From assembly GCA_049512935.1 (NCBI GenBank), contig JBEKWR010000001.1:32001-96000 (forward strand): a DNA stretch of 64,000 nt, written 5' to 3'. The translations under genes were made by a program, and so were the position numbers. The notes under the pieces were generated by a model, which was not told the DNA's origin, made no database searches, and worked only from the letters and a program-made list of their open reading frames with translations. The stretch comes from Candidatus Bathyarchaeia archaeon. Its GTDB lineage: Archaea; Thermoproteota; Bathyarchaeia; Bathyarchaeales; Bathycorpusculaceae. Below are positions 19,728 to 29,636 of the stretch, in pieces; the first letter of the stretch is position 1; each line of letters opens with the position of its first letter.

Positions 19728-19980
19728 CTGCTTTTTGTCTTTTGATAAGTTAAATATTGGGAAACGATTTATTAGGAAGACAGGCGTTCAGGTGTCTTTC
19801 AGTGGTATACGATGAGGGATTGCGTTCATACAAGGCGATTGCGTTCATTAAAGGCAATCCGAACCCTTCAAGTTTAAAGACGAAAAGCTACTTGTTGGTA
19901 GGCGCCCTCCTTCCTCAAAGTACCGTTTTAGCAAAACAAAAAACCCTCAGAGGTTACTCTAAAAATTTAGGTGAAACATT

Positions 19981-20982
19981 ATGGATAAAATAAAATTTGC
20001 CATTCCGAAAGGCTCCCTGGAAAAAGCGACAGCGGATTTCTTCGCGAAATCAGGCTTCAAAATCGGTGGAACAGAACGGACATACCGCCCAAGCATAAAT
20101 GACCCACAAATCGAAATGAAGGTTCTTAGACCCCAAGAAATCCCTGTCTTCGTCAGTGAAGGCTTGCAGGACCTGGGCATCACAGGCGAGGACTGGGTTA
20201 AAGAAAACCGAGCAGACGTCGAAATTCTCCAGAACCTTGAGTACGGAAAAATCAGGCTTGTGATAGCTGTACCGAAGACAGTCAGAGAAGGCACTACGAT
20301 GGGCGAGTTCATGGAGTCCATTTGGAGCCAAGGCAAAAACTTCCGTGTCAGCACAGAATACCTCAACATAGCCTCGGAATACCTAAGGAACACGCCCGAA
20401 TACAAGAATCGCTTCGGCAACATGGAACCTATGATTGTGACGCCGTGGTGGAGAAAAGGCGACAACGCAAGAGCAAAGATTTTCCTGTCGTTTGGCGCGA
20501 CTGAGGCGAAGCCGCCTGAAAACTCGGACTGCATCATGGATGTGACTGAAACAGGCACGACCATGGAGGCAAACAACTTGAGAATCATTGAGACCGTCCT
20601 GAAGTCCGAGGCTGTCCTTATCGCTAACAAAAAAGCCCTCGAAGACCCAGAGAAACGGGAAAAAATCCACGACATATTAGCATTGCTCAAAGGAGTCGTA
20701 GACGGGTCAAAGAGAATCCACATATTTGTCAACGTCAAAAAATCAAACCTGCAGAAACTGCTAACTGAACTGCCCGCGTTGAAAAACCCGACGATATCGC
20801 CCTTAGCCGACGAGAACTGGGTCAGCGTTAACACAGTCATCGAAAAAGACTGCTTAATCGAGCTGCTGCCAAAAATCCGCAAACTAGCCCAAGGCTTAGT
20901 AGTTTACGAGCCGCGGCAGGTACTGGCGTTAGACGAAATTAGTAAAAGAGAGGAGAAATCGTGCAAAATCAAAGCCAAGTGA
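19981..20982 (+). CDS. hisG: ATP phosphoribosyltransferase (long form)
   Basis: FAIPKGSL, RPQEIP, DLGITGEDW, GATE, TETGTT, C-terminal regulatory domain. Confidence 0.95.
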   Translation: MDKIKFAIPKGSLEKATADFFAKSGFKIGGTERTYRPSINDPQIEMKVLRPQEIPVFVSEGLQDLGITGEDWVKENRADVEILQNLEYGKIRLVIAVPKTVREGTTMGEFMESIWSQGKNFRVSTEYLNIASEYLRNTPEYKNRFGNMEPMIVTPWWRKGDNARAKIFLSFGATEAKPPENSDCIMDVTETGTTMEANNLRIIETVLKSEAVLIANKKALEDPEKREKIHDILALLKGVVDGSKRIHIFVNVKKSNLQKLLTELPALKNPTISPLADENWVSVNTVIEKDCLIELLPKIRKLAQGLVVYEPRQVLALDEISKREEKSCKIKAK

Positions 20983-22262
20983 AAATCTACAAGTCAGAAG
21001 CGCTACCGCCTGACTGGTTTAAACGGCAAAAAGCAGATGAAAAGGCAGCTCAAGAAGTTGAAAACAACGTTAAAGCCATCGTAAAGCAAGTTAGAGAAAA
21101 CGGCGATGGAGCGCTGGTTGAGTTTGCCCTAAAATTTGACAAAGCCGAACTGACCTTGAAAACAATCAAAGTCTACAAGGAGGAAATCAAAGAAGCCTAC
21201 AGGAGAACTAGCCGCGAACAAGTCTCTGCTTTAAAATTCATGATAGATAGGGTCAAAACTTTCCAAAAGCAACTGCTCACCCAAACCGAAGTAAAAACCT
21301 TGGGCGACGGCATATCGGTTCAGACTGTTCTACGTCCAATCGAAAGCGTCGGCTGCTACGTTCCAGGAGGACAAGCCGCTTATCCAAGTACACTAGTCAT
21401 GACTGTGGTTCCAGCCAAAGTCGCAGGCGTTCCAAGGATTGTCGTTTGTTCACCATCAGACGCAAAAGGAAGAGTAAACCCTCTTGTTCTTGTCGCCGCC
21501 GACATGTGCGGGGTCGATGAGATTTACAAGGTAGGTGGAGCTCAAGCCATCGCTGCGTTAGCTTACGGAACAAAAATCATTAAACCCGTGCGAAAAATCG
21601 TTGGTCCAGGCAGCAAATTCGTGACGGCGGCGAAGGTTCTGGTTTCAACGGATGTGGCGATTGACATGCCTGCTGGTCCAAGTGAAGTGGTCGTTTTGGC
21701 TGATGAGTCGGCTGACGCGCGGCTGATTGCTTTTGACATGGTTTCTCAGGCTGAGCATGGTGGAGACAGCGTTGCTGGACTCATAACAACCTCTGAAAGC
21801 GTCGCCCTGAAAGTTCAAGAGTATCTCGGGTCGGTTGCTGCTTCAGCTGAAAGGAGCGAAAAAATCTCAGAGGCACTAGCAAAATACGGCTTCATAATAG
21901 TGTGCAAAAGCATGGAAGAGGCGATGGGTTTAGTTAATCAGTTTGCGCCTGAACACTTAGAAGTCATGACTTCTAAGCCAAAGGAGATTGCAGAGAAACT
22001 AACCGCTGGCCTAATACTTCTAGGTCCATACAGCCCAGTTGCCCTAAGCGATTACGGCATTGGAACCAACCATGTACTGCCAACAGGCGGCTTCGCCCAG
22101 TCGTTTTCAGGCTTATCCACTTTGGACTTTATGCGGCGAGTAAGCATAGTTGAAAGCTCAAGAACAGCTCTAGAAAGAGTAAAAGACAGCATCAAAGTCA
22201 TGACGGAAGCAGAAAACCTTCCGAATCACTACAAAGCGATAGAGGCGAGATTCGAAAAATGA
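20961..22262 (+). CDS. hisD: Histidinol dehydrogenase
   Basis: GCYVPGG, IDMPAGPSE, SQAEH, APEHL, GTNHVLPT. Confidence 0.97.
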   Translation: MQNQSQVKIYKSEALPPDWFKRQKADEKAAQEVENNVKAIVKQVRENGDGALVEFALKFDKAELTLKTIKVYKEEIKEAYRRTSREQVSALKFMIDRVKTFQKQLLTQTEVKTLGDGISVQTVLRPIESVGCYVPGGQAAYPSTLVMTVVPAKVAGVPRIVVCSPSDAKGRVNPLVLVAADMCGVDEIYKVGGAQAIAALAYGTKIIKPVRKIVGPGSKFVTAAKVLVSTDVAIDMPAGPSEVVVLADESADARLIAFDMVSQAEHGGDSVAGLITTSESVALKVQEYLGSVAASAERSEKISEALAKYGFIIVCKSMEEAMGLVNQFAPEHLEVMTSKPKEIAEKLTAGLILLGPYSPVALSDYGIGTNHVLPTGGFAQSFSGLSTLDFMRRVSIVESSRTALERVKDSIKVMTEAENLPNHYKAIEARFEK

Positions 22263-23377
22263 GCACGTCTTACAGAAAATGGCTTAAGAACAAAATCGCA
22301 AAGCTCCAGGCGATAGACTGCTACTCGGCAGGAGCCACGCCTGAAACCGTAGCGAAACAGATAGGCGTCTCCCCGAGTAAGATCGTCAAGCTGAACTTTA
22401 ACGAGAGCATGTTCGTTGACAGGGCAAGGCAGATGGAACTGGTCAAAGAAGTGGCGAACGAATTGGACCTGCGATTGTACCCTGAGGATGAAGTGCCAAA
22501 GTTTCTTGCCAAGCTTTCAAGCTACATTGGGGCTCCAGAGAACTTCCTTGTTGTCGGCAACGGCGGCGACGAATTGATTGACCGCATGGTAAGACTCTTC
22601 ATGGAAAAAGGGGAAGCCGCACTTTCGTTTGCACCCACCTTTAGCATTCCAAAGCTTTGCGTGAAAAGGCAAGAAGGCGAGTACATTTCGGTGCCGCTTT
22701 TAAGCAACATGCAACTTGACGTGAAAGGAATGTTAGCGAAGTTCTCCGACAAGACAAGGCTCCTGTACCTCTGTTCACCAAACAACCCAACTTCAAACCA
22801 GTTCAAGATGAAGGACGTCGAAACTTTAGCCAAAGCATTCCCCGGCATAGTCCTATTAGACGAGGCTTACGGCGAATTTGCCGACTACTCATTTGTGCCG
22901 AGGATAAGGGAGTTCCCGAACATGATAATCCTGCGCACGTTCTCCAAAGCCTTCGGGTTAGCGGCTCTCAGGCTCGGCTACGCCGTGGCAAACCCGGAGC
23001 TGGCAAAGATTTTGACGGAAAAGACTCCGTTGCCCTACCCCGTTAGCGGTTTTACTTTGCGGATGGGCGGCAAAATGCTTGACAACATCGACTTGATGAG
23101 AAAGTCGGTGCATGAACTTGTGGCTGAACGGGGAAAACTGATAAAGTCGCTGAACCAGATAGATGGAGTGCAAGCCTTCGACTCGCAAGCGGATTTCCTG
23201 CTGGTCAACACGGAAAAGCCCGCGGACGAAGTGAACGAGAAGCTGCTGAAAAGGGGCATAATGCTGAAGAAATGGGGCGGAATCCTGCAGTACCCCAACT
23301 GCTTCCGCGTCACGGTGGGCTTGCCTGAAATGAACGCTAAGCTGGTTGAGGCGTTAAAGCAGATTCAGGGTGATTGA
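22259..23377 (+). CDS. hisC: Histidinol-phosphate aminotransferase
   Basis: CSPNNPT, DEAY, RTFSKAFGLA.LRLGY. Confidence 0.95.
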   Translation: MSTSYRKWLKNKIAKLQAIDCYSAGATPETVAKQIGVSPSKIVKLNFNESMFVDRARQMELVKEVANELDLRLYPEDEVPKFLAKLSSYIGAPENFLVVGNGGDELIDRMVRLFMEKGEAALSFAPTFSIPKLCVKRQEGEYISVPLLSNMQLDVKGMLAKFSDKTRLLYLCSPNNPTSNQFKMKDVETLAKAFPGIVLLDEAYGEFADYSFVPRIREFPNMIILRTFSKAFGLAALRLGYAVANPELAKILTEKTPLPYPVSGFTLRMGGKMLDNIDLMRKSVHELVAERGKLIKSLNQIDGVQAFDSQADFLLVNTEKPADEVNEKLLKRGIMLKKWGGILQYPNCFRVTVGLPEMNAKLVEALKQIQGD

Positions 23378-23955
23378 AGATGAGGACCGAAGAAGTTTAC
23401 CGCAAAACCAAAGAGACCGAAGTTCAGGTGAAAGTGAACCTTGACGGGGAAGGAAAAGCAGACGTAGCCACGGGCGTGCCGTTCCTCGATCACATGTTAA
23501 CTTCGCTTGCAACGCACAGCCTAATCGACATATCAGCGTCGGTGAAGGGCGACTTGGTGCACCACTGCGTTGAAGACTTAGCCATAGGCCTCGGCGAAGC
23601 AATAAACAAAGCTTTGGGCACGCGGGAAGGCATCGCACGGTTCGGCAACGCCGCTGCCCCGATGGACTGCTCCTTAGCGTTTGCAGCCGTAGACCTTGTC
23701 AAGCGACCCTACTTCAAAATTGACCTGAAACTGAGGGGAAAAAAGGTGGAGAACATGCCGACGGAAGACATAGTGCACTTCTTCGAATCCTTCGCCACCT
23801 CGCTTGGGTCAAACGTCCACGTCTACGTCGAGTACGGCAGCAACGACCACCACAAGGCAGAAGCAGCCGTCAAAGCCCTCGCCCTTTCGCTTCGGCAGGC
23901 GGTGGCGTTGGATCCCAGACGCAAAGGCGTGCCAAGCTCAAAAGGAGTCATCTGA
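23374..23955 (+). CDS. hisB: Imidazoleglycerol-phosphate dehydratase
   Basis: RKTKET, FLDHML, HHCVED, NDHHKAEA, PSSKG. Confidence 0.96.
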   Translation: MKMRTEEVYRKTKETEVQVKVNLDGEGKADVATGVPFLDHMLTSLATHSLIDISASVKGDLVHHCVEDLAIGLGEAINKALGTREGIARFGNAAAPMDCSLAFAAVDLVKRPYFKIDLKLRGKKVENMPTEDIVHFFESFATSLGSNVHVYVEYGSNDHHKAEAAVKALALSLRQAVALDPRRKGVPSSKGVI

Positions 23956-23957
23956 AC

Positions 23958-24563
23958 GTGGCGAAAGCAGTCATATTTGACTATGGCGTCGGCAACCTAC
24001 TCAGCTTAAGAACTGCCCTAGAGAAAGTAGGGTTAGAAGCATCAATCGGCACTACAGCGAAAGAACTAGCCAAAGCTGATGCAATTGCTCTGCCAGGTGT
24101 CGGAGCCTTCACCTCAGCAGTATCGCGGCTCGAGGAGATTAAAGAAACACTTATCAGTAAGGTGCAAGAGGGCACGCCACTGCTGGGTGTCTGTTTGGGT
24201 TTGCAGCTTTTCTTTGAATCCAGCGAGGAGGGACCAGGAGACGGCTTAGCACTCTTCAAAGGCAAAACCGTAAGCCTGCCAAACACGGTTAAGGTGCCGC
24301 ACATGGGTTGGAACACGCTCAGCATCATTGGGCAAAACGAGCTTTTCGACGGCGTAGCGGAAGGCTCGTACGTGTATTTCGTGCACTCGCTCTACCCAGT
24401 CCCCGCCGACAAGTCGATAGTGGCGGCGCAAACCGAGTACGGCGTAACATTCACTTCAGCAATAGCCAGCAAAAACGTCTACGGAACCCAGTTTCACCCA
24501 GAAAAATCAGGCGACCTCGGCTTAGCAATCCTCAAAAACTTCGCCAAAACAGTCGTAAGGTGA
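23958..24563 (+). CDS. hisH: IGP synthase glutaminase subunit
   Basis: LPGVG, CLGLQ, PHMGWN, QFHPEKS. Confidence 0.96.
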   Translation: MAKAVIFDYGVGNLLSLRTALEKVGLEASIGTTAKELAKADAIALPGVGAFTSAVSRLEEIKETLISKVQEGTPLLGVCLGLQLFFESSEEGPGDGLALFKGKTVSLPNTVKVPHMGWNTLSIIGQNELFDGVAEGSYVYFVHSLYPVPADKSIVAAQTEYGVTFTSAIASKNVYGTQFHPEKSGDLGLAILKNFAKTVVR

Positions 24564-24568
24564 CACGC

Positions 24569-25297
24569 ATGCAGTTGATTCCAGCCATCGACCTCATGGG
24601 CGGCAAAATCGTCCGCTTAACCCGCGGCGACCCAAAAACCGCCAAATTCTACGAAGCACAGTTCGGAACGCCAGTTCAAGCCGCGAAACATTGGCGAGAC
24701 GAAGGCGCGGGTAAACTGCACATCATCGATTTGGACGCCGCTTTCGGGATCGGCAACAACCACGCAGTCATCGCCGAGGTTGCAGAAGCCGCGAAATTGC
24801 CTATTCAGGTCGGCGGCGGAATCCGCAGTTTCGAAACGGCGGAAAAACTACTTCAGATGGGCGCGACCCAAGTCATACTCGGCGCATTAGCCTTCAGCGA
24901 CCCCTCAGCCATCCGCAAAATCCAAACCAAATTCGGCTTAGACTCCGTTATCGTCGCGTTAGACAACAAGGAGGGACTCGTGATGGTTGAAGGCTGGAAA
25001 ACCGCGACTCCCATGACCGTTGAAGAAGCCCTTGACAAGTACACCGAACTTGGTGCACACATTTTCCTCGTAACTTCCATAGCTCAAGACGGCATGCTCA
25101 GCGGACCAGACCTGCAAACGCTAAGCGGAGCCACGCAGCACCCAAACGCAAAAATCTTAGCGGCAGGCGGAATCGGCACCATAGGAGACTTGGCGGCTCT
25201 CAAGGACATCGGGGTGGAAGGCGCCGTCATCGGGAAAGCCCTTTACGAAGGCAAGTTCACTCTGAAAGAAGCCATAAGCAAGATAGGAGCCAGCTAA
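24569..25297 (+). CDS. hisA: ProFAR isomerase
   Basis: MQLIPAIDL start at 24569, [21 protein letters not shown]. Confidence 0.96.
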   Translation: MQLIPAIDLMGGKIVRLTRGDPKTAKFYEAQFGTPVQAAKHWRDEGAGKLHIIDLDAAFGIGNNHAVIAEVAEAAKLPIQVGGGIRSFETAEKLLQMGATQVILGALAFSDPSAIRKIQTKFGLDSVIVALDNKEGLVMVEGWKTATPMTVEEALDKYTELGAHIFLVTSIAQDGMLSGPDLQTLSGATQHPNAKILAAGGIGTIGDLAALKDIGVEGAVIGKALYEGKFTLKEAISKIGAS

Positions 25298-25298
25298 A

Positions 25299-26102
25299 AT
25301 GCCGTTAGCCAAACGCATAGTGCCATGCCTCGATGTTGACCACGGGAAAGTGGTGAAGTGCATAAACTTCCTTAACCCGAAGCGGGCAGGCGACCCAGTG
25401 GAGTTGGCTAAACGCTACTCAGACGACGGCGCAGACGAACTGGTTTTCCTCGACATAACCGCCTCTTCCGAGAAACGCGACATCCTGCGCGGGGTGGTCG
25501 AAGGCGTGGCAAAAGCGGTCAGCATCCCCTTCACCGTGGGCGGCGGAGTACGCAACGTTTCAGACGCAAGGCTCGTGCTGTGCAGCGGCGCCGACAAGGT
25601 TTCCGTCAACACCGCGGCAGTGGAAAAACCCAAGGTCATCACGGAGTTGGCTGACGTTTTCGGCAGGCAATGCGTCGTGTGCGCCATTGATGCGAGAAGA
25701 AACCGCGCAGCCTGCGACGGCAAGATTATGGTTGAGACTGGCGAGGGCAAATTGTGGTTTGAAGTTGTCACTTACGGGGGCAGGAAACCCACGGGAATCG
25801 ACGCCATTGCTTGGGCGCTGCAAGCGGAGAAGCTTGGGGCAGGCGAGTTCCTTGTCACTTCGATGGATCGGGACGGCACCAAAGACGGCTACGACATCGA
25901 GTTAACCCGCGCAATCAGCGAACGCGTCAACGTCCCAATCATCGCAAGCGGCGGCGCTGGGACGCCTGAGCATCTTCTCGAAGTTTTCACCAAGGGCAAA
26001 GCGGATGCCGCGCTGGCAGCTTCAATCTTCCACTACAACCAGTACCCTGTTCCAGTCGTGAAGGATTACCTGCGAAAGATGGGGGTGATAATTAGAACAT
26101 GA
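25299..26102 (+). CDS. hisF: IGP synthase cyclase subunit
   Basis: [34 protein letters not shown]. Confidence 0.97.
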   Translation: MPLAKRIVPCLDVDHGKVVKCINFLNPKRAGDPVELAKRYSDDGADELVFLDITASSEKRDILRGVVEGVAKAVSIPFTVGGGVRNVSDARLVLCSGADKVSVNTAAVEKPKVITELADVFGRQCVVCAIDARRNRAACDGKIMVETGEGKLWFEVVTYGGRKPTGIDAIAWALQAEKLGAGEFLVTSMDRDGTKDGYDIELTRAISERVNVPIIASGGAGTPEHLLEVFTKGKADAALAASIFHYNQYPVPVVKDYLRKMGVIIRT

Positions 26103-26452
26103 CAACGACATCGGAGCTGCTTGACAAGCTGGATTTCAAGAAGGGCAACGGACTCCTCCCAGTCGTCGTGCAGGACGCGAAGACCAAGGAGGTTCTGATG
26201 CTGGCTTACGCGAACCGCCAAGCCGTCGAGCACACGCTCAAAACGGGCAAAGGCACATATTGGAGCCGCAGCCGCAACGAGTTGTGGGTTAAGGGTGAAA
26301 CTTCGGGGCACACTCAGAAAATCGTTTCCGTCTCAACCGACTGCGACTACGATACACTCCTCTATGTGGTGGAACAGACGGGACCCGCATGCCACACAGG
26401 CAAATACAGCTGCTTCCACAACCCGCTACTGAAAAACACGGAAAAGCCGTAG
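26099..26452 (+). CDS. hisI: Phosphoribosyl-AMP cyclohydrolase (no HisE domain)
   Basis: [27 protein letters not shown]. Confidence 0.96.
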   Translation: MTTTSELLDKLDFKKGNGLLPVVVQDAKTKEVLMLAYANRQAVEHTLKTGKGTYWSRSRNELWVKGETSGHTQKIVSVSTDCDYDTLLYVVEQTGPACHTGKYSCFHNPLLKNTEKP

Positions 26453-26454
26453 AC

Positions 26455-26742
26455 CTATCGGAGCTTGAACTGCTCCCTAAACTCTGTGCTCGACTCACTA
26501 ATAGCCTTCAAGTCATCTTCAGAGAGAAGTTTTCTAAGCTTGTGAAAAGCTCTTTCGCTTTTAAGTCGTTGCCAATCTGTGCACATTTCAAGCAGAAAGT
26601 CGCCCCATGTTTTATCCCCTTTCATAAGTTTCAAGTGTTCCTTTACTTCCATTGGAACCGAGATTGAGGCATATTTACTATTTTTCGGCAACTGATCACT
26701 CTGAATTATTTGTTCAACCACTCCTAAAATGCTTTGTCTCAA
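26455..26742 (-). CDS. Putative VapB-like antitoxin (orphan)
   Basis: YASISVP.EVKEHL..MKG..TW..FL N-terminus and helical ...EFREQFKLR C-terminus resemble archaeal VapB. Confidence 0.55.
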   Translation of the reverse strand: MRQSILGVVEQIIQSDQLPKNSKYASISVPMEVKEHLKLMKGDKTWGDFLLEMCTDWQRLKSERAFHKLRKLLSEDDLKAISESSTEFREQFKLR

Positions 26743-26805
26743 CTGATTGCTTAAGGCTTAGTCCAGAAAAGGCTTAAGTCTGCGTGATTCTTTAAGTAAG
26801 GAATC

Positions 26806-27132
26806 ATGGAAATTCAAGTTCAAAAGCTGCCTGAAGCATTAAAAAGGAAGGGGTTGGAGGAGAAGCTATCGGAGATTTGCAAAGCAAACGACATTGTTTT
26901 TTTGGCAGTGTTCGGGTCTTATGTCCGGGGCGAGCAACACCGAGGAAGCGATGTTGATATCGCCATTGAATTCGACCAATGCAAGGAAAAAAGCCTCTTA
27001 GACTTAATCCACATAGAATATGAACTAAGCAGAGTCTTCAAACGCAAAGTTGACCTTGGAATATTCAGCAGTCTGCACCCCTATGTAATTGACGATGTAA
27101 AAAAAGAGATGCGCGTCATCTATGAAAGATGA
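26806..27132 (+). CDS. Minimal nucleotidyltransferase (MNT) antitoxin
   Basis: VFGSYVRGE...SDVD, KVDL. Confidence 0.92.
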   Translation: MEIQVQKLPEALKRKGLEEKLSEICKANDIVFLAVFGSYVRGEQHRGSDVDIAIEFDQCKEKSLLDLIHIEYELSRVFKRKVDLGIFSSLHPYVIDDVKKEMRVIYER

Positions 27133-27460
27133 CAGAGTTTATCTCAAGCATATTTTAGATACAATCTGCGATGTAGAGCAATTCACGAAAGGGCTGTCAA
27201 AAGACGACTTTTATCGCAACAGAGAAAAACAATATGCGGTTTTGCGCGGATTAGAGATAATTGGTGAAGCAACCAAGAACCTGAGCAGCGAACTAAAGAA
27301 AGCAAACTCTGAGGTAAATTGGAAGGATATCGCTGGAATGCGTGATCAACTGATTCACGTGTACTTTGGCGTCAATTTGCCGATAGTCTGGAAAACCGTT
27401 GAAGAGGATCTGCCCTGCCTGAAGAAGCAAGTGCAGAAGTTACTGACGAGCCATGAGTAA
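27122..27460 (+). CDS. HEPN (DUF86) RNase toxin
   Basis: LEIIGEA, GMRDQLIH (RxxxxH), overlaps the MNT gene. Confidence 0.92.
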   Translation: MKDDRVYLKHILDTICDVEQFTKGLSKDDFYRNREKQYAVLRGLEIIGEATKNLSSELKKANSEVNWKDIAGMRDQLIHVYFGVNLPIVWKTVEEDLPCLKKQVQKLLTSHE

Positions 27461-27516
27461 TATTGCGAGCAGGCGCTTGCACTCAATCCTTTTAAACAAA
27501 CCCGTGCCTTATTCTT

Positions 27517-28587
27517 TTGGTGGAATTGTTGATGTCTCTTCATGAAGCTATGCTCTACGAGCGGCAGGAAGAAGGCAAGGTGAAATGTTGCCTGTGCGCG
27601 CGCCGCTGCCAAATCAGCGATGGAGCCACAGGGTTCTGTCTGGTGCGGAAAAACCAGGCGGGCGTTCTTTACACGCTTAATTATGGGAAAGCCGTTTCGG
27701 CTGGCGTTGACCCGATCGGCAAGAAGCCACTGTCACACTTTAACCCGGGCGCGCTGGTGATGTCCGTGGCGGCGGCGGGCTGCAATTTCCGCTGCCAGTT
27801 CTGCGACAACTGGATGATAAGCCAAGACCACGAGGTCGCTGGCAGACCGTTTCCGCCTGAGGAAGTCGTGAAGTCTGCGTTGGACAGCCAGTGCCAAGGC
27901 GTAAGCTTCACCTACACGGAGCCAACGATCTTCATGGAGTACGCCTACGACACGGCGAAGCTGGCGCGTGAGGCAGGCTTGTTCACCACTTTCGTCACCA
28001 ACGGGTACATGACTCCCGAGGCGGTCAGGACCATAGCGCCGTTTCTTGACGCGGCAACCGTTGACTTCAAGGGCGGAGGCGACCCTGAATTCTACAAGTC
28101 AGTCATGGCTGTGCCCAACGTCGAGCACATCTACGAAACGCTAAAAGAACTCAAGCTAGGCGGCGTCCACATTGAAATCACCAATCTGGTTGTGCCGAAG
28201 ATGGGTGACTCCATGGACAGGATAAAGCAGATGGCAATCTGGATAAAGGATTATTTGGGGGCGGACACTCCGTTTCACCTGCTGCGGTTCCACCCAGACT
28301 ACAAGATAACCACGATTCCAGCCACACGGGTTGAAGAAATGGAGCGGGCGTACATGACCGCCAAAAACGAGGGGTTAAACTACGTTTACCTTGGCAACGT
28401 GCCTGGGCATGCGGCTGAGAACACGTATTGCCCGAACTGCGACACGGCGTTGATCAGGCGCGAAAGCTTCGACATAACCCAGTGGAACCTCACAGCGGAC
28501 ATGCACTGCCCCGTCTGCGGACAGGCAATCCCGATAAAAGGCAAACTGTACCAGAACAACCTGCGCTACCCGTACTCGCTGTTTTAG
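27517..28587 (+). CDS. amrS: AmmeMemoRadiSam system radical SAM enzyme
   Basis: CCLCARRC N-terminal cluster, CNFRCQFC, FTYTEP, YVYLGNV, CPNC/CPVC. Confidence 0.88.
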   Translation: MVELLMSLHEAMLYERQEEGKVKCCLCARRCQISDGATGFCLVRKNQAGVLYTLNYGKAVSAGVDPIGKKPLSHFNPGALVMSVAAAGCNFRCQFCDNWMISQDHEVAGRPFPPEEVVKSALDSQCQGVSFTYTEPTIFMEYAYDTAKLAREAGLFTTFVTNGYMTPEAVRTIAPFLDAATVDFKGGGDPEFYKSVMAVPNVEHIYETLKELKLGGVHIEITNLVVPKMGDSMDRIKQMAIWIKDYLGADTPFHLLRFHPDYKITTIPATRVEEMERAYMTAKNEGLNYVYLGNVPGHAAENTYCPNCDTALIRRESFDITQWNLTADMHCPVCGQAIPIKGKLYQNNLRYPYSLF

Positions 28588-28692
28588 TCGCCGATGAATC
28601 TGCCAAGCCAACGTCCTATGCCGCAAGAAGCGGGGATGATGGATTAAGTCTTATTAGTGTAAACTGGACTGCATTAACTCAGTGCCCAGTCA

Positions 28693-29553
28693 ATGACTAA
28701 GTATTACGCGTTGGCGGTTGCAACCAGCTACTGGAAACCCGGCGAAGACTACACCGAAAAAATAATTCGCGCCCTGAACGGAAAAGTAAAAGACGGCGAT
28801 TTCGTCGTTGTTTCCGAGAAGGCAGTTTCAACCGCAAAAGGCAACATCGTGGACGAAGCCGCCATTAAGCCAGGCTTTAACGCGTGGTTTCTTGCGGGGT
28901 TCTGGATGCGTATCGTCTGGGGTTACCCGCTTGGGATTTTGTGCGGTTTCGGCGGCAGGCTCCTGCAGAGGCTGAGGCGGTACCCTTTGGATTCGGGCGG
29001 TCGGCACAAGCAGTTAGCTTTGGAGCGGGCGGGTTTTTTGCAGGCGCTCATGTTCGGTTCGGAAGGCGGCATCGACGGCTCCAACCTGCCCTTCTCGTAC
29101 GTGAGCCTGCCTCTGAAAAACGCGGGCGAAGCGGCGAGGGAAATTCAAGCGCAGATACATGCGAAGCTGCAGAGAAACGTCTGCGTAATCGTTGCCGACA
29201 CCGACAAAACCTACAGGTTCCGCAACTTCTTTTTCACGCCAAGACCCAAACCCATGAAGGGGATACACTCTTTCGGCGGCGCCGCAACGTACGTCGCAGG
29301 CAGGATGCTGAGCCTTAGGAAAAGTTCTACGCCGCTGGCCGTCGCAGGGTGCCGTCTTCAAGCCAGCGAAGCATTAACGATAACCAACATGGCTGACAGG
29401 GCGAGGGGTCCAGGCTCAGGCGCCACGGTCTGGGACATGGCCTCGAGGTTCCATGTGGATGTCAACGGCGTTAGCTGGGAGATGCTGGGTAAAATCACGC
29501 ATAAGCCGTTGGTCATAGTTAGGAGAGGCGCGGTGAAGAAGGTTAATAATTAG
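28693..29553 (+). CDS. F420-0:gamma-glutamyl ligase (CofE)-like protein
   Basis: VVVSEKAVS, GIDGSN, LPL, VIVADTD. Confidence 0.75.
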   Translation: MTKYYALAVATSYWKPGEDYTEKIIRALNGKVKDGDFVVVSEKAVSTAKGNIVDEAAIKPGFNAWFLAGFWMRIVWGYPLGILCGFGGRLLQRLRRYPLDSGGRHKQLALERAGFLQALMFGSEGGIDGSNLPFSYVSLPLKNAGEAAREIQAQIHAKLQRNVCVIVADTDKTYRFRNFFFTPRPKPMKGIHSFGGAATYVAGRMLSLRKSSTPLAVAGCRLQASEALTITNMADRARGPGSGATVWDMASRFHVDVNGVSWEMLGKITHKPLVIVRRGAVKKVNN

Positions 29554-29636
29554 GCGATGGGTTGTGTTGTAATGGAAAAACGCGTTTTCGAAGGGTAAGA
29601 GATAAAAATGGGACTCTGAAGGCTTAGGGTTAGCAG

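Noticed and set aside
19812-19877. His attenuator leader peptide (MRDCVHTRRLRSLKAIRTLQV)
   Set aside because: Only one His codon and no clear terminator with a U-tract.
19959-20882. Long antisense ORF (307 aa) and other shadow ORFs such as 48409-49020 and 13091-13648
   Set aside because: They lie opposite well-supported genes and have no recognisable motifs.
24308-24568. N-terminal extension of HisA in the ORF track (similarly for TFB, MBF1 and the ferritin-like gene)
   Set aside because: The extensions overlap neighbouring genes or promoters; family-typical starts, most with an SD, lie downstream.
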